Notes: generated from the letters alone by a model not told the origin. DNA of 64,000 bases from a virus (IMGVR_UViG_2814123268_000002:1-64000); one strand, 5' to 3'; positions 8,920-19,118 are shown, counted from the first letter of the stretch. Translations and numbers: made by a program.

Positions 8920-9440
8920 TTTTCAGTGAGGCACTAAAAACCGCCATTCTTGATGGCTGCAAAACCGTGACACGTCGCCCGATAAAATCCGCCTGTACCC
9001 GATCTGTCATTAAATCAGATCAGTGGTACTGGGAGACGGCCTTTAAGACCATGACCACCCTTCCTCTGCCTGAGCGTGACTGCGAGCTGGTTATCGCCGC
9101 CAACACCCCCGTTCTCATTAAGGCCTCGCAGGCGTTTATGATTTCACGGTGCCCTCATGGGAACGCAGGCGATCTCATTGAGCTGGCGACACGCCGCGCC
9201 GATCAATCCGTGACCCCCTTCGCCCGCGCGGAGCTAAAAGCCATCGCCATTGAACTGCTCCATGACATCACCGACCACGCCGCCATCGCCGAGGGTATGC
9301 CGCCGGACACTCCCCGGGAACATTTCCGCTGTATCTGGGATGGTTTCTACCATTACACCCCCTACAGCTGGCGCTGGAACCCGGCAGTTTGGGTATTGCA
9401 GTTTGCACCGACCGAAATCTTAGCGGAGGCACACCGATGA
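8904..9440 (+). CDS. ASCH/PUA-like domain protein
   Basis: LIFSEALKTAILDGCKTVTRRPIK ... CPHG ... LHDIT..AIAEG ... WNPAVWVLQF. Confidence 0.7.
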   Translation: MAHTLIFSEALKTAILDGCKTVTRRPIKSACTRSVIKSDQWYWETAFKTMTTLPLPERDCELVIAANTPVLIKASQAFMISRCPHGNAGDLIELATRRADQSVTPFARAELKAIAIELLHDITDHAAIAEGMPPDTPREHFRCIWDGFYHYTPYSWRWNPAVWVLQFAPTEILAEAHR

Positions 9441-9742
9441 AACGCCTATGGACAAAACAGGAGGAGCGACAGCTGGAGCAGGGGATCGCCGATGGCCAGA
9501 GCCTCAAAGCGATCGCCGGGCAGCTGGGCCGCACCTATGCCTCCGTGAGCCAAAAGACCTACGTCATGGGGTTGCCACGCCGCGCCTTTTATATCGACCA
9601 ATGGGATATCAATATGGCCCATGCCCTGCGCGCCGAGGGGCTGACTCACCCGGCCATCGCCGAAAAGCTCGAGCTAGAGCGCCGCACGGTTGATTACATC
9701 ATCTACCACAAAAAACCAGATTCCTGTCATGCAGCCGTGTAA
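9437..9742 (+). CDS. HTH DNA-binding protein
   Basis: WTKQEE...IAGQLGRT and GLTHPAIAEKLEL tandem HTH. Confidence 0.65.
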   Translation: MKRLWTKQEERQLEQGIADGQSLKAIAGQLGRTYASVSQKTYVMGLPRRAFYIDQWDINMAHALRAEGLTHPAIAEKLELERRTVDYIIYHKKPDSCHAAV

Positions 9743-10439
9743 TCACTGCCTCGCCCGCCCTATCGCCCGCGATCGGGCTCACAAGTTCGATACGGCCCTG
9801 GCCAGTGCACCACTGGCCAGGGCCGGCACCGCCAAAAACCGCTTGCGCGATCCAATGACCGGGCGCTATATTTCCCGGGCAGCCGCAAAATCGGCTGCCG
9901 GGATTGGAACCCCGGACATTACAAGAGCGCACAACCGCGCTATAAGCGGTTTTTTTGTGTGCGAGGCACGGCCACATCTACGCATTATGGTGGGGCGTGC
10001 AGGGGCGTCTACGGACGCGCCGGGTTCTCTTGTAACCGGTAGTTCCAACCCTGTACGTCTCACCACCCCGAGATTGGAACCTCTGGCTGGTGAGTTATCA
10101 CAACTTACAAGAGAGGATGCCCGATCATGGCAGCCAAACACCGTAATACCCCGCATTCCCGTCAGCTCTCATCTGACGCCCCCAGCATTACCTCACGGCT
10201 TCACCGTATCCACACCCTGGCGCTCTATCTGCAGGTCGAGCTGTCTCACCGTAAGGACACCCTGCCGTTTATGTGTGTCCCTGCGGTACTCAGCTATATC
10301 GCAGACGATATCACCGCCATCCAGCGCGATATCGCCGCCAGCCCGGAACAGCCCATGTAACGCATCAACCCGCGGTGCCCCGTTGGCGCCCGCGGGTTTT
10401 ATCGTTTATCCGCACCGACGGAGGGCGCCCCATGCCTAA
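9729..10439 (+). CDS. Ash/Icd-like ORF overlapping the C4-type RNA region
   Basis: YISRAAAKSAAGIGTP...SGFF...MVGRAGA..APGS.TGSSNPVRLTT signature; may be partly an RNA-driven reading frame. Confidence 0.55.
   Translation: MQPCNHCLARPIARDRAHKFDTALASAPLARAGTAKNRLRDPMTGRYISRAAAKSAAGIGTPDITRAHNRAISGFFVCEARPHLRIMVGRAGASTDAPGSLVTGSSNPVRLTTPRLEPLAGELSQLTREDARSWQPNTVIPRIPVSSHLTPPALPHGFTVSTPWRSICRSSCLTVRTPCRLCVSLRYSAISQTISPPSSAISPPARNSPCNASTRGAPLAPAGFIVYPHRRRAPHA
9988..10066 (+). ncRNA. C4/CI-type antisense RNA
   Basis: tggtggggcgtgcagg...cctgtacgtctcacca stem; loops ctcttgtaa and gttccaa complementary to ttggaac/ttacaagag at 9904-9927 and 10074-10113. Confidence 0.75.
10127..10360 (+). CDS. Small protein under C4-type control
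   Basis: RBS GAGAGGA overlaps antisense target; followed by terminator. Confidence 0.6.
   Translation: MAAKHRNTPHSRQLSSDAPSITSRLHRIHTLALYLQVELSHRKDTLPFMCVPAVLSYIADDITAIQRDIAASPEQPM
10367..10400 (+). terminator. Rho-independent terminator
   Basis: aacccgcgg...ccgcgggtttt hairpin with U-tract. Confidence 0.65.
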
Positions 10440-10890
10440 AAATCACGTTGTTGCACCACTCATCGCCGAACAACCTGCTGCGCCGGCAACTGACTTTCAC
10501 GCCTTCATTGAGTGGCTATGGTCTATCGATGCAAGCCTGGGCGTTAAAGTCCAGGAGCTTCACGATCTGTGGCGTCACAAACTGGCACGCCACAATCAAC
10601 AGTGCACGCTCCAGGCGAACGAGTTCATTATCGATGGCCGTTACCGCGTCCGCATCAACCCACCCGACAGCGTAGAGCGCCCCGCCGGACTTAAGTTGAC
10701 AAGCCTCATGGAGACCGGCGGCGTCATCGCCATCTATCAGACATCGGGCGCCCTGGTCGCAGACCTGATAGCACACAGTACCAGTCGATCGGGCCACCAA
10801 GTCAGCGCCCGGCAGTATGCCCCAGAGGCTGCCCGGCTGCTCGATGCCTGCCGTCAGGCATGGCTGCAGAACGTGGGCATGGAGCCGTAA
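10432..10890 (+). CDS. Hypothetical phage protein
   Basis: MPKNHVV start with GGAGGG RBS; ends just before repA. Confidence 0.6.
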   Translation: MPKNHVVAPLIAEQPAAPATDFHAFIEWLWSIDASLGVKVQELHDLWRHKLARHNQQCTLQANEFIIDGRYRVRINPPDSVERPAGLKLTSLMETGGVIAIYQTSGALVADLIAHSTSRSGHQVSARQYAPEAARLLDACRQAWLQNVGMEP

Positions 10891-10893
10891 CGC

Positions 10894-13500
10894 ATGTCAG
10901 GGCAATATCCACGCGCCTGGGGCGCACCTCATCCCGCGATCGACCCGGAGACATTCGGCCGCGCCCCACGCACCGCCCTGGGCGATGCGATAGCACTTTA
11001 TGCTAAAGAGGATAAAGACCGCAAAGCACGCGAAGAACAGGAAGCCCGTCAGCAAAGAGCCGAGAAAAAGCAGGCCGCATCCCACCAGGAGGCGCTCGCC
11101 GCGGCGGCCGGCGAACGCTTTCGCCAGCGCGATCTGCTGCTGCCAAAAATACGCATTGCTCATGCCGCCGCCCGCAAAGATCCAGATTCCGGCCCGCTGG
11201 CCGATCTGATGGCCCTGCCGGACTATCTGCGCACCCCGCTGCTGCAACGCTTAAAGCTCCTGCAGAAAAAACAGGAGGCCGCAGAGGCTGCCGGCAAGTC
11301 ATCCAGACCAGCGAGCCGCTACATCCGTAGTAAATTGGCCCTGCTACTGCGCCGCATCGCGCTGACCAATAGCCGGTTTTTAACGCATAAATACCAGCTG
11401 CTCGCCGTGCGTGAACGTCTCGACGAGCTGCTGCACCTGCCGCTCCTGAACAAACGCGGGATCCAGACGCTGGCCACACTGACCGCCAGCGCATTCAGCG
11501 GGGAGTTCGACAGGCAGTACACGCAGCCCGGCATCAAGCAGACGCCCATGCAGGCACTCGCCATCTACCAGCGCCTGGGACATATGGCGCTCTCCCTGCA
11601 CATTACCCCGCCAAACTGGGAGGCATTACGGCCCGACAAAGGCCGCCGCAAAGAAATTGATTTGGAAAAACTACCCGGTGCCCTGTCTCGCCTGATGTGT
11701 GCCGAGTGGTGGACGCACCAATTATGGCGTCTGCGCTGCCGCTGGCGCGAGGAGCAGCTGCGCGCCGCCGGCCAGGTATCACGCCAGACCTCCCCTTACC
11801 TGAGTCGGGATGCGCTGAACGCATTCCGGGAACAGCGCCGCCGCCTGCGGGATTTCCTCAAATCACATGAACTGGTTAACGAGGACGGCTTCACCATCGA
11901 TCTCTATGATGTCTATTACGCCAGCGCCAGCAGTCCCAAACATCGTCGGTTTGAAATGATGACCACCATGAAGGGACTGGAGCTCATCGCCGAGGCGCGT
12001 GGCGATATTCCCACGTTCATCACGGTGACCTGCCCATCACGCTTTCACGCCACTACCGAAGATGGTCACCCCAATGCCCGGTGGGATGGCTCCACCGTAC
12101 GCGATAGCAGCGACTATCTGGTTAACCGTTTTTTTTCCGCCGTACGTAAAAAACTCAAACGTAACAATCTGTATTGGTATGGCATCCGCGTTGCCGAGCC
12201 GCACCACGACGGCACCGTTCACTGGCACATGATGATATTTGCCCACCCAGAAGAGCGCGAGACGATCGAGAAAATTGTGCGCGATATTGCCATTCGGGAC
12301 GAGCGGGAAGAGCTGGGCGATGACATTACCCCACGCTTTAAGAGCGAGATCATCACTGCCGAAAAAGGCTCCCCCACCGGCTACATCGCCACCTATATCG
12401 GCAAAAATATCGATCGCGGTGCCGTAGACGGAGATGACCCCAAAACGGGCAAGCCACGCAAAGACAATGAGAGCGGCAAAGAAATGGCCGAGACGGTCGA
12501 AAATGCCATCGGCTGGGCAGGGTTACACGGTGTGCGCCAGTTTCAGTTTTTCGGCATTCCGTCACGCCAGGTCTGGCGTGAGCTGCGCCGCCTGGCCTGC
12601 CAGATGGCACGCACCCCGGACGGCCCGCAACGCTTACCGGATCCGGCCATGGATAACGTTCTGGCCTGCGCCGATGCCGGCGACTTTGCCGCCTACATCA
12701 TGGCCCAGGGCGGCGTACTGATCCCCCGTAGAGATTACGTGGTACGCACTGCCTACGATATCGCCGATACCGAGAATGACTATGGCGAAACCCCCATTCA
12801 GATTTACGGCATCTACTCACCAATGCTCGGCGACGCGTCCCGCATATGCACCCATCCCGACACCTGGAAGCTGGTCAAAAAGGCCGCGCCCGCTACCTCT
12901 CCCGCGGCGCAGCCGGGGGAGTCTGTTGACGTTCCGGGCGGCTCCGCCGCCCCTTGGACTCGTGGCAATAACTGTCCCCTGCACCAAAATACGGCAACGG
13001 AGCTCCGCACAGAACTGCTGTGGCGTGAGGGCCCCCCCTCTCGCCGGACGCCTGCGGCCACGGCCGACGGCGGTAACGTCGCCGAGCGACGGGCCCGTAT
13101 TCAGCAACGTATTCCGGCGGCACAGCTGGAGATCACCCCGGAGGAGATCGACCTGCTGGCGCGCGGCTGCGTGGTCCGCCTGGAGGATGGCCGTACCTAC
13201 CGCGCCAGCCGCATCACGGGCGAACTGCTGCCGGTGACACACCCGCCACCGCTCAAGCGTATACCGGGACGTATCAGAGAGCAGCGCTGGCGCGCCAACC
13301 GCCGGGATCCCCGCACGCTGGCCCGGCAGTGCATCGAGCAATGGAAAGTCAAGCAGGCAGAACTGCAGGCGTTGTCCACCCGGCAGGCAGAAGCAAGCTC
13401 CGAGACCCCGGATCCTGCCGAGCACACGACCACCGCCGAGCGGGCGGCCTCGCTTATTGAAAGGATGAAAAGGGCAACGCGGGGAAATGGCAACGGTTAG
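10894..13500 (+). CDS. P2 gpA-type rolling-circle replication endonuclease
   Basis: TCPSRFH, EPHHDGTVHWH (HUH), YIATYIGKNI, RQFQFFG, PWTRGNNC. Confidence 0.95.
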   Translation: MSGQYPRAWGAPHPAIDPETFGRAPRTALGDAIALYAKEDKDRKAREEQEARQQRAEKKQAASHQEALAAAAGERFRQRDLLLPKIRIAHAAARKDPDSGPLADLMALPDYLRTPLLQRLKLLQKKQEAAEAAGKSSRPASRYIRSKLALLLRRIALTNSRFLTHKYQLLAVRERLDELLHLPLLNKRGIQTLATLTASAFSGEFDRQYTQPGIKQTPMQALAIYQRLGHMALSLHITPPNWEALRPDKGRRKEIDLEKLPGALSRLMCAEWWTHQLWRLRCRWREEQLRAAGQVSRQTSPYLSRDALNAFREQRRRLRDFLKSHELVNEDGFTIDLYDVYYASASSPKHRRFEMMTTMKGLELIAEARGDIPTFITVTCPSRFHATTEDGHPNARWDGSTVRDSSDYLVNRFFSAVRKKLKRNNLYWYGIRVAEPHHDGTVHWHMMIFAHPEERETIEKIVRDIAIRDEREELGDDITPRFKSEIITAEKGSPTGYIATYIGKNIDRGAVDGDDPKTGKPRKDNESGKEMAETVENAIGWAGLHGVRQFQFFGIPSRQVWRELRRLACQMARTPDGPQRLPDPAMDNVLACADAGDFAAYIMAQGGVLIPRRDYVVRTAYDIADTENDYGETPIQIYGIYSPMLGDASRICTHPDTWKLVKKAAPATSPAAQPGESVDVPGGSAAPWTRGNNCPLHQNTATELRTELLWREGPPSRRTPAATADGGNVAERRARIQQRIPAAQLEITPEEIDLLARGCVVRLEDGRTYRASRITGELLPVTHPPPLKRIPGRIREQRWRANRRDPRTLARQCIEQWKVKQAELQALSTRQAEASSETPDPAEHTTTAERAASLIERMKRATRGNGNG

Positions 13501-13838
13501 TGACTACCGTGATACGGTACGATTCAATATCGAGCTTGTATCGATGACTGCCCCGTTGAGCAAAAAGCACATAGACACGACGCATCCCTTACAATAGCCA
13601 CTAGCTATTGATGATGTAGAGGTTGAAAGATAAGTCTTCTGTTAATAAATGTAAAATCAGCTAAAGCAAAAACTTCCCTATGAAATACATCATTTTGAAT
13701 AAAAAGCTAGTAAAGCCATTCATGCGATAATCACATAAACTAAGCGCCATCAAAACCGACCAATTAATATCCAAACTATTTAACCAGAGGATGCTAACTA
13801 CATAGGCTAGCCAAAACAAACAGCCAGCCTATCAACTA

Positions 13839-14495
13839 CTATTGTCCCTTAACTCTAAAAATAGAGTCAGCCAACCTAGTACCGGTTGATACAAGTTTAG
13901 ATAACACTCGCAATTGTTCTTTACACGCGAAATTCTCAGTTGGGTGAGGGTAATTTATTGTATGATCAATCTCACCCCAAATTTCCTCAAAAAGAGTTCT
14001 CACCTGAATCTCACAACAAATATTTGAATCAGTCTTTGGCTTAATAACATAATGAATGCTTGTATAATAAGACTCTTTGATTTTTGGCGTAAGACCTAAC
14101 GACGTAAAGAAGTCACAACTTTCAGGATCCCATGAATACGCGATAGGACTTTCTCTGTAAAACCAATCACCATCATCTACTTTTTTCTGTATTAATTCAT
14201 GAATATTTTTTAGTTGATCTTGATAAAGATGTAATATGCGAACACCAGCAAGATCAGTTACCCGATAAAATACATTCTCCTCAGAGATCGGGGCGTCACT
14301 GCTATTTTTTCTCTCAATCTTATCTCTTAAATGGTCAACATCCTTCAACCTGCTTTTTATAGTATGAATGACAGGGTGATGATAATCATTTAAACTAGGG
14401 TCTAGTCTAAAAGTATCAACAACACCATTCATAAAATGTTCAAAAAGATGTCGATTTGAAACATACTTATTTAATATAGTGTCTACATTTTCCAT
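13839..14495 (-). CDS. RelA/SpoT-domain small alarmone synthetase-like nucleotidyltransferase
   Basis: SRLKDVDHLRDK, TDLAGVRI, YYTSIHY, CEIQVRTLFEEIWGEIDH (Syn1-4 motifs). Confidence 0.88.
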   Translation of the reverse strand: MENVDTILNKYVSNRHLFEHFMNGVVDTFRLDPSLNDYHHPVIHTIKSRLKDVDHLRDKIERKNSSDAPISEENVFYRVTDLAGVRILHLYQDQLKNIHELIQKKVDDGDWFYRESPIAYSWDPESCDFFTSLGLTPKIKESYYTSIHYVIKPKTDSNICCEIQVRTLFEEIWGEIDHTINYPHPTENFACKEQLRVLSKLVSTGTRLADSIFRVKGQ

Positions 14496-14497
14496 AA

Positions 14498-15607
14498 TTA
14501 ATTACCGAGCATAGATATTCTTGCAATCAAATCTTTGGTAAAAGCTTCATAGCTTTTCTTGGTGGCAATGTATTTTGACTTTGACCCTCTCAAAGTATTT
14601 GCATGCTCGCTTTCTATATTAGGATATTCAGGAACTAACCACATAGGCAGATTATAATACTGTGCCATTGAAGGAAATGTATTATGACTATACATTACTG
14701 CTGTATTACCAATAGGTTCAGCTAGGACTGAATTGTCAATGCTACCTCTTATTGAACTAATAATAAACTGATCAATTGTATTAGGGATACGCTCAGCATA
14801 ATTTAAATGCGCTTGAGCCAGATCCCATTTTCTTTTTCCATTTTCATATTTTCTTGCATTATAGATTGTATAACCTAAAAATCTCACAAAATTTTCAGGG
14901 AATGAATGTCTTTTCTCTGATGATATAAGTTGATAGACTGCATCGAATTCCCTCTTCCAAGAGGAAAGAGATTTTCCAATATTTTTAATTCCATAAAGGC
15001 TAAATAAATCAGGTAGTGCAGGTATAAAAAATCCATCTACTGTAGATATGATTACTTTATTCAAGGATCCTAAGCTAGGAGACGTATCAATTATAATGTA
15101 ATCATAACCATAACGTTCATTATATTCTTCAGCTAATTTTCTTATTCTGGAAATGGTTCTAATTGCAAGAGGCTCTCCTCGATATAAATCATTCCACCTA
15201 CTAGCAATCTTCTCCTCATACAAATGCAGCGTTAGCCTCCCAGGAATAATATCAAGATTATCCCTCAAGTTAACAGGAGGAGGCAAAATCTTATGATCAC
15301 CAGTACCTTCTTGCGTCGGTTGTAATATATAATGAAGGCTTCTTGGTTCATTTGATATGATGTTAAAGTCTTCTGCTGATAATTTCTTTTTTGCCGAGTC
15401 AAAGCCTGAGTCTATAAAATCATTCTCTACCTCCCATAGCCTCTGTATTTTTTCTTGCTTTAAAGAATAAATAGTTAAATTACACTGAGGATCAGCATCA
15501 ATCATTAATACCCTATATCCCATCTCGCACATGCTTTGCGCAATATGAAAAGTGAGCGTTGTTTTACCAACACCACCCTTATTATTAAAGACAGATATTA
15601 TCTTCAT
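14498..15607 (-). CDS. ParA/Soj-family ATPase (long form)
   Basis: Deviant Walker A NNKGGVGKTT, DADPQCNLT, Walker B IIIDTSPSLG. Confidence 0.9.
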   Translation of the reverse strand: MKIISVFNNKGGVGKTTLTFHIAQSMCEMGYRVLMIDADPQCNLTIYSLKQEKIQRLWEVENDFIDSGFDSAKKKLSAEDFNIISNEPRSLHYILQPTQEGTGDHKILPPPVNLRDNLDIIPGRLTLHLYEEKIASRWNDLYRGEPLAIRTISRIRKLAEEYNERYGYDYIIIDTSPSLGSLNKVIISTVDGFFIPALPDLFSLYGIKNIGKSLSSWKREFDAVYQLISSEKRHSFPENFVRFLGYTIYNARKYENGKRKWDLAQAHLNYAERIPNTIDQFIISSIRGSIDNSVLAEPIGNTAVMYSHNTFPSMAQYYNLPMWLVPEYPNIESEHANTLRGSKSKYIATKKSYEAFTKDLIARISMLGN

Positions 15608-15954
15608 ACATCACCTTATTATATCAATGATTATTTTCATTTATAAAACAATATTAACGATCATAATTTATAATGGAAATTATCAAAACATAAACATTGA
15701 AGTTATAAAAGCCAAGTTATAGCGATTAGCTTAGCCTCAAAGACACAGAATAATCAATAATATTATGCGTGCCAACTTGATCGAATTAATTTTGATTTAA
15801 AGTCAAGAACAGACCATGTAAAAATCTAACACAATCAACCGTTTTTACTAGTTAATAAAAAATCAGAAATGACACAAAACACATATGTTCATTATGTGAG
15901 ATGGAGAGACTCCAAGCCTCCACAAGTATAGCCTTCCCTCAGCCGAACAATCAC

Positions 15955-16218
15955 CTACCCCCCCTGCAGCAACTCCAGCGCCATCTGCTTTTCCTCTGGC
16001 CCCAGTCGCTCGATCAGCAGCTTCAGGACACCGCTTTGCAACCCACTCGGCACCAGGGTATGGGAATAGGTCAGGTTCATCACCCAGGTATGGCCACACT
16101 CCAGGCGCGTACAGCGGTAGTAGGCATCGGCAAAATCATAGTTGTCGGTCTTCCAGACCGTCTTTTGGATAATCGCCGGCGCCCCGCAGCAGCGGCATTT
16201 AATTTTTTGTCTGCGCAT
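15955..16218 (-). CDS. ogr: Ogr/Delta zinc-finger late activator
   Basis: CRCCG...YYRCTRLECGHTW...HTLVPS. Confidence 0.88.
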   Translation of the reverse strand: MRRQKIKCRCCGAPAIIQKTVWKTDNYDFADAYYRCTRLECGHTWVMNLTYSHTLVPSGLQSGVLKLLIERLGPEEKQMALELLQGG

Positions 16219-16282
16219 ATCCACCCCTGCACACCGTGGCTGTCATGGCGAAATTTTACCCATTTTTTAACCATGCCGCGAT

Positions 16283-17338
16283 TCACTGTGCTATCTGGGC
16301 ATCATCGTCAAACGTCAGGCTGAATGTCACCCGCCCAAGCCCCCCGATATCGGGAGCGGCATTGACCCCTTCCATAATCAGGCGGCGCAGCGGGATCACC
16401 TCATCCCGGTAGTACGCCTCGCGCGCCTTCAGCGGGTCACCCAGTCCGCCAGCATTGCTGGGGATGATACCGGCGAGGCCGGGCGGAAAGCGGTGGGCCG
16501 TCAGCTGATCCTGCGCGCTGACGTTCTTGATATTCAGAAACTCATCCTTGGTGCCGGAGTCTCCGATGGGGATGACTTTTACCCCTTCCTTATCACCGCC
16601 GGGGATGTTGATAAACATCGACTTAAAGTTGCCGGCCCCCTTGGATGCCTCAATCTTCTTGCGAAACAGCCCCTCAAGCTGCGGATCCATATCCGGGTCG
16701 GTGCTGTAGAGGATATAGCCCAGGTGAGCGCCGTTCTTGTAGTAGCGCCGGCGAAAACGGGTGGCATCGACGTTAAGCATGGCGGACTCCATGCCGTGGA
16801 GGTAGTCGGGAACGCCGTAGACCTGCTGCTGGGGATCGTACTGCGCGACAAAAATCACCTCGCCGCCGCCATAGGTGAGATCGTTGATACCGCCCTGCAC
16901 GATGACCGTCCTGCGATCGGCGGTGCGGCGCAGATAGAGGGAGGGTAAAACGTGCAGCCGGTTGATGCGCCCCAGCCGATTACGCACCTTCAGCAGCCCC
17001 ATATCCCCGAAGATAAGCAGGTTGGTGACCGCGGCCGCCATATCGCTGTGGGTCAGTCCCCCGCCCCCCTGAAACCCGGCCATGACCATATTGACGCGGG
17101 CGCGCAGCACTGCACCGTGGTAAGGGGCGATGTTGGCCAGCACGGCGAGATCCATCCGTTCAATCGGCGGCAGGTAATAACCGTCGTACCCGCTCCACAG
17201 CACGCCGTTATAGCTCCCCCAGGCCGCGACCGGCTCGGGATCGCCAAACTCGATAAAGCTCCCCGGCGAACGGTGCCGCATAGCGCGCTGTCCCAGCTTG
17301 CCGCCGCGCGCCTTAGGCGGCGTTTTTGTTTTCTTCAT
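16283..17338 (-). CDS. Portal protein (gpQ)
   Basis: YDPQQQVYGVPDY, RRRYYKNGAHLG, AHRFPPGLAGIIP. Confidence 0.93.
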   Translation of the reverse strand: MKKTKTPPKARGGKLGQRAMRHRSPGSFIEFGDPEPVAAWGSYNGVLWSGYDGYYLPPIERMDLAVLANIAPYHGAVLRARVNMVMAGFQGGGGLTHSDMAAAVTNLLIFGDMGLLKVRNRLGRINRLHVLPSLYLRRTADRRTVIVQGGINDLTYGGGEVIFVAQYDPQQQVYGVPDYLHGMESAMLNVDATRFRRRYYKNGAHLGYILYSTDPDMDPQLEGLFRKKIEASKGAGNFKSMFINIPGGDKEGVKVIPIGDSGTKDEFLNIKNVSAQDQLTAHRFPPGLAGIIPSNAGGLGDPLKAREAYYRDEVIPLRRLIMEGVNAAPDIGGLGRVTFSLTFDDDAQIAQ

Positions 17339-19118
17339 CACCAAAAATCCAGGTTGACCTGCGTTTGTTCCTATAGCCGATGGGCTCATTGGCCAGGGCG
17401 TGAGCGATGGCAAAGAAGATATCGGCGTGTCCGGTTTCATCGGTACGGTCGGCGGTAAAGGTCACCGCATTGCCGGAGGCGGTCGCGCTCTGCTTTATCG
17501 CCAGGAACGACGCGGGGATATCTCTGGCGTCTTCATCCCACTCGATACGATTGCTGTCGATGACATCCAGCATTTTCAGCACCAGGCGATTTTTTGACTC
17601 GACGCTGTAGTGAATGGCCTTGGCCTCACGCCGTGCAAACCCCTGCACCAGTTCATAGACGCCATAGCCGATGCCGGTCACATCGATGCCGATATGGGTC
17701 ATGTTGTAGCGCGATTTGATCGTCCGAATCTGGTCGGCCATCCACTGGAATGACAGGCCGCGCCAGTGGTGCTTTTCCAGCACCCGGAACCGCTCCACCG
17801 CCAGCAATGGGACGGCGATGACGACAAAGGTCGCATTATCTCCGCTGCGCGCCGGGTCAAACCCGCCCCACACCTCACGATTACCCAGCGGCGCCGCCTC
17901 GTCGGGATGAAAGTCCTGCCAGATATGCGGATCAACGCCACACCGCACCAGTTTGGCGAAGTCGAATACGCTGTCTTTGTCATCCACAAAAACGCACATA
18001 TACAGCCGGTTAAAGGCGTTTTCGCCGTAACGCTCGCGCAGCTCCTCAATATCTGCCCGGTTAAATCCGTCGGCGATGGCATCCTCCATCGTCACCACGT
18101 AGCGCCACTGCTTATCCGGGCATTCACGGCCACCGTCACGCAGTTCGTCGAATGCCGGGAACACCACGCTCTTGCGCTCGGCGTTGCCACGCCGCCATTC
18201 GTCACCGCTCCAAAACGCATAGCCCTGGTGGTTTTTGGCGGAGGGAGTGGAGAAATAGGTCAAGCGCCAATGGCTCTGGGTCGCCATCCCGGAGGCCACC
18301 TCATTAAAGGTGGTAAATTTCGAGATCCACAGATACTCATCGATATACAAATGGCCGGAGTTCGACTGTGCCGTATTGGAGTTGGTGGCCAGAAAATGCA
18401 GCTCGGCCATATTGCTCAGCCTGATCGGATTCCCTTTTAACTGAATGCCGAATTCAACCTGTGCGATTTTCAGGATATAGGTGCGAAAGACTTCGGCCTG
18501 GCGCCGGGAGGCCGACAGGAAGATTTGGTTATCCCCCGTCAGCACCGCATCTTCGAATGCCTCAAAGGCAAAATAGTAGGTGGCGCCAATCTGGCGCGCC
18601 TTGAGCAAATTACGCACGCGGCGAAATTTATTGTCACGCAGATGCAGCTGATACTTGAACAGGTTATCCAGAAACGGCGTGAAGCTCTCGGCGGTCAACT
18701 CAGAAATATCATTCTGTTTACGCCGTCCCTTGCGCCTCCCTTCCCCCTCGGCCGCCTCAGCCTCCCCCGTAGCAGCGACATAGTCAGCCCCGGTAGCACG
18801 CCGCTGTGCAATCTCGGCCATCCGCTCCGCATGCTTATTCTTCTGCGCCATCAACTTAACGTGATGGCCAATAAGCCGATCCAGCTCGTCACATTCCACG
18901 TCGCTCTTATGCTCGCGGGCAGCAAGCAGGGTCAGGCGCTGGGCGATGGCATCCTCGATGCAATCGGTACTGAGCTGTGCATACCATTCATATTTGGTCG
19001 CCCAGTAATACACCACTCGCGGGCTGCTTAGCTTTAATTTGCGCTGTATTTCCTTTGGCGTGTGCCGCTTTAAGTAGAGCGCCTTAGCCGCAGCGATCAC
19101 TTCTTCAGAATAGGCCAT
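17313..19118 (-). CDS. Terminase ATPase subunit (gpP)
   Basis: LKARQIGATYYFA, YIDEY, GFDPARSGD, IDVTGIG, HADIFFA. Confidence 0.95.
   Translation of the reverse strand: MAYSEEVIAAAKALYLKRHTPKEIQRKLKLSSPRVVYYWATKYEWYAQLSTDCIEDAIAQRLTLLAAREHKSDVECDELDRLIGHHVKLMAQKNKHAERMAEIAQRRATGADYVAATGEAEAAEGEGRRKGRRKQNDISELTAESFTPFLDNLFKYQLHLRDNKFRRVRNLLKARQIGATYYFAFEAFEDAVLTGDNQIFLSASRRQAEVFRTYILKIAQVEFGIQLKGNPIRLSNMAELHFLATNSNTAQSNSGHLYIDEYLWISKFTTFNEVASGMATQSHWRLTYFSTPSAKNHQGYAFWSGDEWRRGNAERKSVVFPAFDELRDGGRECPDKQWRYVVTMEDAIADGFNRADIEELRERYGENAFNRLYMCVFVDDKDSVFDFAKLVRCGVDPHIWQDFHPDEAAPLGNREVWGGFDPARSGDNATFVVIAVPLLAVERFRVLEKHHWRGLSFQWMADQIRTIKSRYNMTHIGIDVTGIGYGVYELVQGFARREAKAIHYSVESKNRLVLKMLDVIDSNRIEWDEDARDIPASFLAIKQSATASGNAVTFTADRTDETGHADIFFAIAHALANEPIGYRNKRRSTWIFGDEENKNAA

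Noticed and set aside
14498-15607. Plasmid-prophage partition system
   Set aside because: No ParB or centromere repeats; element is integrated; partner gene is RelA/SpoT-like
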